Below are positions 7,761 through 17,097 of a stretch of DNA of 24,253 bases, in pieces. The stretch is from Candidatus Thorarchaeota archaeon. GTDB taxonomy: Archaea > Asgardarchaeota > Thorarchaeia > Thorarchaeales > Thorarchaeaceae. A program made the translations under genes and the position numbers. The first letter of the stretch is position 1, and every line of letters starts with the position of its first letter. The notes beneath the pieces were generated by a model. It did no database searches and was not told where the DNA came from. It was given only the letters and a program-made list of their open reading frames with translations. The stretch is from positions 1-24,253 of the forward strand of contig JBHLRQ010000043.1 of the NCBI GenBank assembly GCA_048882385.1, in the 5' to 3' direction.

Positions 7761-9239
7761 ATGAAAAAATTGAACAAAACAGGTTCAAGGCTTGAGGAAA
7801 CTGTAGTAGATATCAGTCCATCCAAGAGTCTGTCATCGCAAATACAGACACCATTTGATGATCTCATTCCAGAATCCAACGAACCATCAGCTCAGTTTTA
7901 TCTTGATGCAATGAGAATCTATCTCGGACTGTGTACAGGTTCATTATCAATGGAAACTGCAATCAAAGCAACGGACATTCTGAAAAACAACCCTGAATAT
8001 ACAATCTGTCCTACCAATCCTGCGATGATTCCGATAAACGCTCGATACAAATCTCGAATACTTGACAATCTAAAGACTTTGAAAAAATTCAATCTGATAA
8101 CACGAGACTCGATCAAGTCTGCATACAGCTTTGCTTTCTTGAGCGAGGAAGGACCAATGAACAAAACCGATTACGAAGCCCTTCTTCTTTTCGCTCAAAA
8201 TCCTGAGATTTCACTCGTTGAGGCATCCAAGACCCTCGGTATAACCCCTAGGACTATTGCAAGAGCAGTCAAACGTCTAAGAGATCGAAACGTCTTGCGC
8301 TTCTCTGCTCTTCTTGATTATACCGCTTTCAATCTCCAATCAGTTATGCTCTTCTTTACGATGAACGACAAAGCAGACTGGTCGGACGTTGAACACTGTA
8401 TGACAAAATACCCTTTCACAAAAAGCATTTTGAAGACTACAATGACCGATCTTGGTTATGTCACATTTCTCATTCCAAATATCGCAGAAACTCGCAATGT
8501 GTTTCAACAATCAATTCGCGATATCTCTCAGGAATTCTTTGATTATGCTAGTCTTCACTATCAAACTGCAGTCGGTGCAAATTCAAATCTACAACTTTAC
8601 AATGTTGATGAGTGGATATTGCCTAGATATCTTAGACAGGGTGATACCGATTTCGATGCAAGTCCATATGAATCCCCGCCATTGATTCATTGCAGAGGTC
8701 CAAAAGAAGAGTATAATCAATATGACTTGGCCATTGCAGCTCAAATTCAAAGCGACTCCCGTGCGGGGCCAAGCAAAATCAGTAATAACCTAAGAATCAG
8801 GGGTTTCGATGTAGAAACGAGAAGAATTGCCAAATTGGATAGGAAACTCAGAGAGAACCACTCACTCATGTCGTATATCCTGTTTGGTGGTTTAGGACTG
8901 TCATCTAATTTCTGTTTCGAGATTATCTGCAATGACCATTGGAAACAGCGAATCTTGCATCTTGTCGCACAATTTCCGTGGGTAATGTATTATCTATCAA
9001 ATAGAGGAATTATAGTTTGGACAATGACGCCAGGAAATCATCAAGTTGATTATTATCAGATGTTCCGAACTCTCGAACAAAATCCAGATGTGGAAAAGGT
9101 TCATCCAATAATGACAATTGCTCAAGGTGGTTCAAAGGCAGTGACGGACCTAACAAGAGGTCTAAGATTGGAGAATGGAAAGTGGTCGATTAATATCGAT
9201 GATGTCGATCTGACATATTGCTTACCCGAACTAGAATAG
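7761..9239 (+). CDS. Tandem (2x) Lrp/AsnC-like wHTH regulator with ~130 aa N-terminal extension
   Basis: HTH SLVEASKTLGITPRTIARAVKRL + LDYTAFNL; second degenerate repeat DSRAGPSKIS...FGGLGL. Confidence 0.8.
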   Translation: MKKLNKTGSRLEETVVDISPSKSLSSQIQTPFDDLIPESNEPSAQFYLDAMRIYLGLCTGSLSMETAIKATDILKNNPEYTICPTNPAMIPINARYKSRILDNLKTLKKFNLITRDSIKSAYSFAFLSEEGPMNKTDYEALLLFAQNPEISLVEASKTLGITPRTIARAVKRLRDRNVLRFSALLDYTAFNLQSVMLFFTMNDKADWSDVEHCMTKYPFTKSILKTTMTDLGYVTFLIPNIAETRNVFQQSIRDISQEFFDYASLHYQTAVGANSNLQLYNVDEWILPRYLRQGDTDFDASPYESPPLIHCRGPKEEYNQYDLAIAAQIQSDSRAGPSKISNNLRIRGFDVETRRIAKLDRKLRENHSLMSYILFGGLGLSSNFCFEIICNDHWKQRILHLVAQFPWVMYYLSNRGIIVWTMTPGNHQVDYYQMFRTLEQNPDVEKVHPIMTIAQGGSKAVTDLTRGLRLENGKWSINIDDVDLTYCLPELE

Positions 9240-10145
9240 GGTTGATTTTGCTAGGGTTAATTTTTCAATGCCTTTCCTTGATAGGCCAATTGGAGGTCCA
9301 AAGACCACATTCGTGAAGCCAATGCTCTTCAGTTCTAAGACATATTCCTGAAGCTGCTTCACAGATCCACAAAATGCAAACTTCTTCAACACCTCTTCTC
9401 CTAAGGAATTTATGACTTCACTATCTATTCTTCCTCTTTCCTTCAACAGCAATCGCGCATCCTTCAACACTGAACTCAAACCAAAATGTTCTGCAACAGA
9501 TTTCCCAAGTCCAACAGCGACCATTGCAGCAGAGTGGCTTATGTCAAGGTCATCTCTGAATCTTTCACATGGTCCAATTTGAACAGGTGGAAACAGTCCC
9601 AATTGGAAACCTGCTCTACTCTTGTTCTTGACTTTATTTGCAGCCCATCGAGCCATCTCCAAGTCCGAATAGTTGAGAAGAACACCATCTGCGTCAAGTG
9701 AAACCTCAATCATTTTTGGACCCTGTGCACCTACGAACACACTGCAACCATGACCTGTTTCAAGCAAACCCGCCTTTATTTCTAACAGCGAATTTTTGAT
9801 TTTCTCGACTATTTTTTTGGGTGCGTGTGAAATTCCAATACTCTCAAGCGCAAATCGGTCTCCTGGTCCAAGTAGTAAATCAAATCTATCTCCATGACTT
9901 TCAATCAATGTGGTCATGAATTGCACAATCTGAAATGATGAATAAAGGAGAGGACTCACTAATCCGACACCTATTCTGCAGCTACTAGTCTTTTTTGCGA
10001 TTGCTGCTGCCACTGCTGGTGCATACCTGAGTGCAGGGAAATCTGTTATCCAGACTTGGTCCATCTCTCCCTCGTCTGCAATAATCGCCTTTTCTAATGT
10101 CTTTGAGATGGAATCTCGGACATTTAGTGCTATTCCCCATTTCAT
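9231..10145 (-). CDS. LLM-class (luciferase-like, Mer-like) oxidoreductase
   Basis: VWITD, IGVGLVSP, LGPGD, GAQGPKM..ADGVLLN, VVFGPPIG motifs as in Mer; ATGA overlap with the upstream paralogue. Confidence 0.85.
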   Translation of the reverse strand: MKWGIALNVRDSISKTLEKAIIADEGEMDQVWITDFPALRYAPAVAAAIAKKTSSCRIGVGLVSPLLYSSFQIVQFMTTLIESHGDRFDLLLGPGDRFALESIGISHAPKKIVEKIKNSLLEIKAGLLETGHGCSVFVGAQGPKMIEVSLDADGVLLNYSDLEMARWAANKVKNKSRAGFQLGLFPPVQIGPCERFRDDLDISHSAAMVAVGLGKSVAEHFGLSSVLKDARLLLKERGRIDSEVINSLGEEVLKKFAFCGSVKQLQEYVLELKSIGFTNVVFGPPIGLSRKGIEKLTLAKSTLF

Positions 10146-11155
10146 GGATTGTCTCTCCTCGAATTGGCCTCCTCAAAGAGCTCTGTCGTGGCAGCTCTCC
10201 AATCACCAGAAAAGGGCGGTCCAATCACAACCTCGGTTGCACCAATTTCCGCCAATTTCTCAAACCGATCAACCATGTGTTCTTTGCTTCCGCTTATTGA
10301 AAAAACATCAAGTAATTCATCATCAACATACTCAGCTCCCTCTTTTGGGCTTGAAGCTGCAACTGTCTCACGAATTCTCTCAATTTGTTTAACATCCACA
10401 TTCAACATATCTATGACTGAGTCTGGAGTGTCCGCGATTACTAATGCAACAACTCGCCTTGCAACTTTATCCTGTGTCCCTTTGAATGTAGGAATAGTCG
10501 GCACCCAAACAACCTTTTCCACTGACCCATGTTGTCTACCCACCGTTTCTGACGAATCATCAACCATTCTTATTGCATTTCGGAGATACTCGAAGGGTCC
10601 TGATAGGATTACACCATCTGCAATCCTCCCTGCGAGTTTAAGCATCTGAGGTCCTCTGACTCCAAGAAAAATGGGGATTCTACTCGGATTTACTTCGACT
10701 AGCTTAAAGTTTGTGAGTGAGAAGACCTCACTCTCTGCCACAACAGTTTCTCCTGCCCACAAACCGTTCAGAGTTTGGATCGTCTTATGAAGTTCAGTGA
10801 CAGGTTTCCTGATATTAATTCCATGTTTTTCGAGATCCTGAATTCCACCTATGCCCAGACCATAGGCAAATCTTCCCTCACCCATCTCTGATAATGTGAA
10901 ACCTACCCTTGCAAGAGTGGCAATATTGTGAACAGTTACAGGGATTATACCTGTACCTACTCTTGCAGTCTTGGTCTGCAGTAGAACATTCGCTGTCAGT
11001 ACAAATGTTTCCTGACCAAGACCAATATCTTCGCCTATCCAGATGCTTTTGGCCCCAAGTGCGTCCGCATTTTGCGCAATCCAATCTGTTGCGCTCACTC
11101 TCATGTTTGTCGTGATACCAATGCTGACACCATACATTCTATTCATCTCTCTCAA
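10142..11155 (-). CDS. LLM-class (luciferase-like, Mer-like) oxidoreductase
   Basis: IWIGED, VGTGIIP, GRFAYGLGIG, IPIFLGVRGPQMLKLAGRIADGV; true start probably 11146 or 11137. Confidence 0.88.
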   Translation of the reverse strand: MREMNRMYGVSIGITTNMRVSATDWIAQNADALGAKSIWIGEDIGLGQETFVLTANVLLQTKTARVGTGIIPVTVHNIATLARVGFTLSEMGEGRFAYGLGIGGIQDLEKHGINIRKPVTELHKTIQTLNGLWAGETVVAESEVFSLTNFKLVEVNPSRIPIFLGVRGPQMLKLAGRIADGVILSGPFEYLRNAIRMVDDSSETVGRQHGSVEKVVWVPTIPTFKGTQDKVARRVVALVIADTPDSVIDMLNVDVKQIERIRETVAASSPKEGAEYVDDELLDVFSISGSKEHMVDRFEKLAEIGATEVVIGPPFSGDWRAATTELFEEANSRRDNP

Positions 11156-11241
11156 GTAGTCTAGTACTGTAAAATCCCCTTCAAATATCCAGCTTTTGGC
11201 ATAGGTATTTTTGTATGTGTAGCTATCTTCTGATGATTACA

Positions 11242-11793
11242 TTGGCACGCATAGTCTGGGGAATCACTGGATCTGGTGATCACATTCAAGAAATAGTTGC
11301 TACCATGAAGCAATTGGAAGAAGATCCTGATCATCGAGTGACAGTGATTGTATCTAGAGCTGGAGAGCAGATGCTTAGATGGTATGGTCTTTGGGATGAG
11401 TTGAATGGGTCTTTCAGGAAGGTCCTGAAAGAATCCAATGCAAATGTACCATTTATCGCTGGTCCACTCCAATTGGGGAAGTATGATATTCTTGTGGTTG
11501 TTCCCTTGACTGCAAACTCCACCGCAAAGATTGCTCATGGTATAGCTGACACTTTGGTGACAAATGCTGTGGCACAGACACTAAAGGGTGACACACAAGT
11601 TTTGTTATATCCCGTTGATCAGTTTGACACAGAGATTGAAGCTTTGGGACCGAAGGGTGAGAAGTTCACAATACATCCTCGCAGAGTAGATCTGGAAAAT
11701 GTTAGACTACTCAAGGAGATGGAAGGTGTCACCATTTTGAAAACTCCTTCTGATATTCCTGCCCAAATAGAATCCATCCTCTCCTCAAAATGA
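11242..11793 (+). CDS. afpA: Archaeoflavoprotein AfpA-like (HFCD flavoprotein family)
   Basis: WGITGSG, AGPLQLGKYD, PLTANSTAKIAHGIADTLVTNAVAQ, PVDQ; start uncertain (11215/11233/11242). Confidence 0.8.
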   Translation: MARIVWGITGSGDHIQEIVATMKQLEEDPDHRVTVIVSRAGEQMLRWYGLWDELNGSFRKVLKESNANVPFIAGPLQLGKYDILVVVPLTANSTAKIAHGIADTLVTNAVAQTLKGDTQVLLYPVDQFDTEIEALGPKGEKFTIHPRRVDLENVRLLKEMEGVTILKTPSDIPAQIESILSSK

Positions 11794-11796
11794 GGA

Positions 11797-12462
11797 ATGT
11801 TCATGATCTCGAAACATGAAGTTGTCAGGAAGAAACTTGTCAAATGGTACGATGAACATGGCAGGAGTTTTCCTTGGAGAGATACAAATGATCCTTATCG
11901 TGTTCTGATTTCAGAGATTCTCCTAAGAAGAACAACAGCAACAGCTGTTTGTCGGGTTTATGGCGATTTTTTTGAACGCTTTGATTCCATAGAACGTCTA
12001 GCCCGTGCCAGAGAATCAACTATTGCCCAGGCGCTTGGTTCTCTTGGTCTTCAGTTTAGAAGAGCCTCAGAGCTCAAACAAATGGCATCTTTCATCAGCA
12101 AGAACTATTCAGGAACTATACCAAGGATTCACACGGATCTTCTATCTCTCCCGGGTGTAGGTCCCTACATAGCCTCCGCGGTCAGGAACTTTGCCTTTGG
12201 AGATCCTGCTCCCCTCGTCGATGGTAATGTCATTCACTTAATTTCACGGGTCTATGGAACCAACTTCAAGGGACCTGCAGATTCTGATGCATGGGAATTC
12301 ATGTCAGATCTCGGTGGAAATCAACAGGAAGCCAAACTATATTGGGGACTCATCGACTTGGTGGCTACAATCTGCCTTAGACAGAATCCACGGTGTTCAA
12401 TCTGCCCTCTGTCTGAGGTATGTTCGTATATGAAAGGAGAAACATCTGTTGAATGTCCCTGA
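11797..12462 (+). CDS. HhH-GPD G:T/U mismatch thymine-DNA glycosylase (Mig-like; MutY superfamily)
   Basis: RSFPWR..DPY..LISEILLRRTT (Mig-type; MutY has MLQQT), LPGVGPY, VDGN, 4Fe-4S motif; no C-terminal MutT-like domain. Confidence 0.8.
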   Translation: MFMISKHEVVRKKLVKWYDEHGRSFPWRDTNDPYRVLISEILLRRTTATAVCRVYGDFFERFDSIERLARARESTIAQALGSLGLQFRRASELKQMASFISKNYSGTIPRIHTDLLSLPGVGPYIASAVRNFAFGDPAPLVDGNVIHLISRVYGTNFKGPADSDAWEFMSDLGGNQQEAKLYWGLIDLVATICLRQNPRCSICPLSEVCSYMKGETSVECP

Positions 12463-13729
12463 AGGTTACAAGTTTGGTTTCGTTAAGACTGATGATGATC
12501 TGAAAGAACTTCTTGAATTCCATTCTATAATTCATCCTGATGATAATCCTGAAGAGCTGAAACGTCAAATCGAGAGGTTGCCAGGATTCGGAAGAGAACT
12601 AAACTTCTTTCTACGTCACGTTGAAACCGGATTGATTGTCAGCTCGCTGAACGCAATTCCTAGCACATGGTCCTATGATGCAGTTCCTCTTCGAAACTTG
12701 GAACTTGGCTGGGTGGGCACATTAAAGGAACACCGGAGAAAAGGACTGGTTCGTGTTTTGTATGAACACTTTGATAGTCTGCTTCATGAAGGGGAATACG
12801 ATATCTCTACAATTCAGGGCATTCCATACTATTACCGTCAGTTTGGATATGACTTTGTGATTCCGATGGACCCTACCTTGTGGATTAATACATCCCAGCT
12901 TCCAACCATTGATGAAAAAGCACCTCCTCTCTATATGAAAATCAGTTGTCGTGAGGCTGAAAAGAAAGACCTTGACGAACTAATGAACCTCTATGATGAA
13001 AATAATAGACAAGTTCAGGTATATATTCCACGAAACAGAGAACTCTGGGAACTTCAAGAGGAAACGAAGACATTCTATGAAAGCAAGTTTCGCACATTTG
13101 TCTTTGAGGACAAGGATAACATGATAGGTTACCTTCGACTAATTGTATACAAGCCTTCTACTGGCCTCTATGACTCTAATGTGAGAGTCATCGAGAGCAG
13201 TATCAAGACCTATGATGGTGTCATGAGAGCCTTACAAGTGATAAAATCAGAAGCTCAGAGACATAATTTCCAACAAGTTGGCGTGATTGGAGCTCCTTCC
13301 AACAATCTCCGAACAATAGTGAAGGACTTAGGTGGTCAAATCTTGGGTGAGTGGAAACACCAGTTACGTGTTCCAAATATCCTGCGGCTTCTTCAAAAGA
13401 TTGCTCCTGTCTTGGAGAAACGTCTTGTTGGATCTATGTTTGAAGGACTAACAAAAGACCTAGCCATTAACACATTTCGCCACTGCTACCTACTAAAATT
13501 CTTGAATGGCAATATCGCGAGTATTACTGATATCGGTATGCAAGAAGTAAATGAGAATCGAGGATTTCGCGCCCCCCCAAATGATTTGATTCGTTTGATT
13601 TTTGGAACATATGATATCGATGAAATTCAACGTAGTAACATTGACTTTATTGTGAGTCGAGATTTGAAATCATTAGTTTCAACCCTGTTTCCAAAGGGAG
13701 AGAGTTGTATCTACTATTACATGTGCTGA
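12449..13729 (+). CDS. GNAT acetyltransferase, Eis-like architecture
   Basis: VGTLKEHRRKGL acetyl-CoA motif, GIPYYYRQFGY; length fits two GNAT domains plus an SCP2-like domain. Confidence 0.82.
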   Translation: MNVPEGYKFGFVKTDDDLKELLEFHSIIHPDDNPEELKRQIERLPGFGRELNFFLRHVETGLIVSSLNAIPSTWSYDAVPLRNLELGWVGTLKEHRRKGLVRVLYEHFDSLLHEGEYDISTIQGIPYYYRQFGYDFVIPMDPTLWINTSQLPTIDEKAPPLYMKISCREAEKKDLDELMNLYDENNRQVQVYIPRNRELWELQEETKTFYESKFRTFVFEDKDNMIGYLRLIVYKPSTGLYDSNVRVIESSIKTYDGVMRALQVIKSEAQRHNFQQVGVIGAPSNNLRTIVKDLGGQILGEWKHQLRVPNILRLLQKIAPVLEKRLVGSMFEGLTKDLAINTFRHCYLLKFLNGNIASITDIGMQEVNENRGFRAPPNDLIRLIFGTYDIDEIQRSNIDFIVSRDLKSLVSTLFPKGESCIYYYMC

Positions 13730-13735
13730 ATGATT

Positions 13736-14110
13736 CTATTCGTCCAAATCAGGAATCGGTAACTCAATTGCGAATGTTGTACCACATGGACATGTTGCAC
13801 TTATTGGATAGTTGTCTGGAGTATCTATACTAAGAGAAACACCTTGAGCAGCAGCTCGGTCAATCAGCGCTTGCATATGATGAACCATATATCTGGCAAA
13901 CCCACTTACTGTGTCTGGAATCGACATATCATCGATAAAGTAAACATATCTCTCGCAGTTAGGACAATGGCTGAGGAGAACGTGAGTGCTATCTGAACAG
14001 CTTTTGCATGTTACCGATGTGTGGTGATAGTCTGGAGCAATTGGTTTTGGAAGATTGACCTTATTCTTAGTACCACATCGATAGCAGTGATAGACGAAAT
14101 CATTGCTCAT
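13736..14110 (-). CDS. Cys-rich zinc-ribbon hypothetical protein
   Basis: CYRC, CKSC, CPNC, CPC motifs; GGAG before the ATG. Confidence 0.75.
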   Translation of the reverse strand: MSNDFVYHCYRCGTKNKVNLPKPIAPDYHHTSVTCKSCSDSTHVLLSHCPNCERYVYFIDDMSIPDTVSGFARYMVHHMQALIDRAAAQGVSLSIDTPDNYPISATCPCGTTFAIELPIPDLDE

Positions 14111-14229
14111 GAGTATCTACTCCTTGACTCGGTGTTAATCACAAGGGTGTGTTAAATCCATATGTAACAGTGCAATGTGTGTGTACCTAATAAGGAAGCA
14201 TAGACACCAAATTGAGGAAGTGAAGAAAT

Positions 14230-14430
14230 ATGTTGATTCAGCAACAGAACACGAAACTGAACTCATTGTTGCTCGTGTTCCTCACCGAGAATTATACCAC
14301 TGGAGTTCGACGTTGTGATAACTGTAACACAACATCTCCTCGATTTGAAAGAATTTTTCTCATTAATGAAGAATGGATTTGTTTTGATTGTGTCCTCTCT
14401 AGAATAAATGGAACCCCGCCCCTATGTTAG
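14230..14430 (+). CDS. Small zinc-finger protein
   Basis: CDNC...WICFDC; purine-rich SD-like sequence upstream. Confidence 0.6.
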   Translation: MLIQQQNTKLNSLLLVFLTENYTTGVRRCDNCNTTSPRFERIFLINEEWICFDCVLSRINGTPPLC

Positions 14431-14484
14431 CATCTTCAAAACCGAACAGTGTAAAAGAGAGTAATATGCCCTGTATCCTGTTAG

Positions 14485-15261
14485 GTGAGTCCATTGAAGA
14501 CACGAATTCAACCACATCTCAGAGTTGGAGAAGGCGATGTAGAAAAGATAGTTGTTATCACAGGCAATCCTGATAGAGTACCTGTGATTGCTTCGAGGAT
14601 GAAAGATCCCGAAGAGGTGGTGCGCTATAGAGGTCTTGTCACATATCGTGCATATACTCCCAAAGGAAATGCAATTACAATTTCTGGTACTGGAATGGGT
14701 GTTGCAACAACCCACATCTGTGTAGAAGAGTTGGCGAAACTTGATTGCAAAGTGATTCTTCGTCTTGGAAGTTGCGGCGGAGTAGATCCGACTGTGAAGA
14801 CGGGCGATGTTGTCGTTCCAACAGCTTGTGTCCGTGATGAACGTGCAAGCCTAAACTATGCTCCAATGGAATATCCGGCTGTAGCCTCCCCTGAATGGTA
14901 TCTAGCTCTCCATGACAGCATACTGCAACTTCTTCCACCAAACCGTGTGCACTCAGGGATAAACTGGACATCTGACATTTATTATGTAAATCCAGCACTC
15001 AATCAACTTGAAGTTTGGACTCGTGCTAGAGTAAAAAGTGTAGAGATGGAATCATCACTTCTATTCACGTTTGCACAGACTAGAGGTTTAGATGCTGCAG
15101 CGATTCTCTCATGTGATGGAAATCTACATGGCGCACAGAAGACTGAACAAAGTTCAGAAGATGAAAAAACAGGAGAACAAAACCCTCTGCTGGTGGAAGC
15201 GATTGAAAAATCTCTTGACGCCTTAGTAATGGCCGTAGACAAATTAGCGGACAAATACTGA
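14485..15261 (+). CDS. Nucleoside phosphorylase (uridine phosphorylase/PNP family)
   Basis: TGNPDRV, GTGMG, LRLGSCGG, EYPAVA, TSDIYY, VEMES. Confidence 0.92.
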   Translation: MSPLKTRIQPHLRVGEGDVEKIVVITGNPDRVPVIASRMKDPEEVVRYRGLVTYRAYTPKGNAITISGTGMGVATTHICVEELAKLDCKVILRLGSCGGVDPTVKTGDVVVPTACVRDERASLNYAPMEYPAVASPEWYLALHDSILQLLPPNRVHSGINWTSDIYYVNPALNQLEVWTRARVKSVEMESSLLFTFAQTRGLDAAAILSCDGNLHGAQKTEQSSEDEKTGEQNPLLVEAIEKSLDALVMAVDKLADKY

Positions 15262-15277
15262 CAATAATAGGGGGCTC

Positions 15278-15931
15278 TTGATGGTTTCTGGGGAATCTGA
15301 ATCGATCTCCAAAAATCAAATCCGATCTTATATGATTATGAAAGCTGAAACTCAAGAAGCACTCCAACTGGCTGAGGAATGGTGGCAAGAGAAAACTCTT
15401 CCAACGTATGTCAAGATTAAACGTCTTGATATGGAGGAAATTGATGAATTTGTTGAATTGTATAATCGATGTTTCATAGCATCGCCAGATCCTTTCTGTC
15501 CTTTAACCTCTGAACAAGCCCAGAAACTAGATCCTGAGGGTATTTTTGTAGCCAAACTTGGTGGATCTTATGTTGGCTTCATAGCATGCTTTGTGGAAGA
15601 AAAAGAAGATTCAATCTATGGTGAAATCACTGGAATTGGAGTTATTCCGTCTAGAAGGAGAAAAGGAATCGCTACTGCTCTCATCAAGCAAGCTGCTGAA
15701 TATTTCATAGACTCTGGAGTTAAGGAAATCTATTGTGAAGTGTATGAGAAAAATACACCTTCCCAACTCCTCATACTGACATACGGTTTCAAGGAAGTCG
15801 GTCGTAGAAACATCCCAGTGACCAACGCAGCAAAAACATCTGACGAAGAATCAGACTTGCCGGGAGGAAAGATCATGAAGCGATTAGGCCTTCGGCCTCG
15901 TCCTGGATGCGAATCATGCAGGGATTTATAG
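15278..15931 (+). CDS. GNAT N-acetyltransferase (RimI-like) with C-terminal CxxC tail
   Basis: IGVIPSRRRKGIA, N.PS..L...YGF; start uncertain. Confidence 0.85.
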   Translation: MMVSGESESISKNQIRSYMIMKAETQEALQLAEEWWQEKTLPTYVKIKRLDMEEIDEFVELYNRCFIASPDPFCPLTSEQAQKLDPEGIFVAKLGGSYVGFIACFVEEKEDSIYGEITGIGVIPSRRRKGIATALIKQAAEYFIDSGVKEIYCEVYEKNTPSQLLILTYGFKEVGRRNIPVTNAAKTSDEESDLPGGKIMKRLGLRPRPGCESCRDL

Positions 15932-15995
15932 ACTATGTATAGCAACCTGGATACTGGACAGCTTATTAGTCGAGTTATGCTAAGAGGAAACTGCA

Positions 15996-17096
15996 ATGCA
16001 GGAGTACAGGGTAAACAGTGAAGTCGTTTGTGATTCAGCTCCGAGAATCACACTAGGTCACTTTGAGAAAGTTAGCAATCCCAAATCAATTCATGGTATC
16101 TACCCATATAGAGGTAAGATGTCAGCAATCGATGCAGCACATGTCATTTCACAGTTGTCCCCTGACTCAGTCTTATTAGATCCCTTCTGTGGAACTGGTA
16201 CGATTGTCTATGAAGCACAGTCTCACGGAATGAAGGCAATCGGGGTTGATAACAATCCCTTGGCCTGCATCATCGCTCGTGGTAAGCTTGATTATATCGA
16301 TCATGAAACAGTGTTGTCGACAATTGATACAGCAATCCAAGAAGCCCAACGACAGGAAGAAATCACTCCAATGCCTAACTCCGCCGCAAAATACTTCCAT
16401 CCTGAAACAGCTGACCAAGTAATGAGGATGGTTTCCGTTTCAGGAGACTTTCCATCATATCTCCTTGCCACTCTCTATGGGTCAATATGCGTGGCAGCAA
16501 GAGGTTGCAATGGATGGCTCTGGACATCTAACTCTATAGGTCGAATCAACAAACCACTCCGCAATATCGACTTTTATTCCACACTCATTAGGAAGACCAA
16601 GAAACATCTTGAATTCATCAATGCAGGTCCTCATGCTGAAATCTATTCGCACGACACTCGATACATATACGAAGTTGTTGCTGAAAATTCAGTCGATGTC
16701 ATCTATACCAGCCCTCCCTATTTTGATGCTCTCGATTACACCAGCTACTACTCAAAGATAGTTCTTGAAATTCTTGGTTTTGATAGAACATCGATCCGTG
16801 ACGGGCTCATTCAGAAATTCTCGTCTTACAGAGAGGATATGCAATCTGCACTATCTGCAATAGATCGTTTAGTCCATGATGAATCTCTCATCATCTTCGT
16901 TGTTGGAGATCGAATGGTGCACGGTAAACTCATACGAGGGTCGGATCTCTTTAGCGAAATAGCTCCTTGGAGCAATCCCTATGTCGTCGAGCGAGAGTAT
17001 ACGAATACAGCTAGTGGACTCTGGGATACAATTAATGCCACAAAGAGGAAAGAGCAGATACTAGTCTGGGATCTTGCTACTGGGGGTCGAAGGTAA
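15996..17096 (+). CDS. DNA amino-methyltransferase (likely N4-C; motif order I then IV)
   Basis: HGIYPYRGK, LDPFCGTGT (motif I), TSPPY (motif IV). Confidence 0.85.
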   Translation: MQEYRVNSEVVCDSAPRITLGHFEKVSNPKSIHGIYPYRGKMSAIDAAHVISQLSPDSVLLDPFCGTGTIVYEAQSHGMKAIGVDNNPLACIIARGKLDYIDHETVLSTIDTAIQEAQRQEEITPMPNSAAKYFHPETADQVMRMVSVSGDFPSYLLATLYGSICVAARGCNGWLWTSNSIGRINKPLRNIDFYSTLIRKTKKHLEFINAGPHAEIYSHDTRYIYEVVAENSVDVIYTSPPYFDALDYTSYYSKIVLEILGFDRTSIRDGLIQKFSSYREDMQSALSAIDRLVHDESLIIFVVGDRMVHGKLIRGSDLFSEIAPWSNPYVVEREYTNTASGLWDTINATKRKEQILVWDLATGGRR

Positions 17097-17097
17097 A

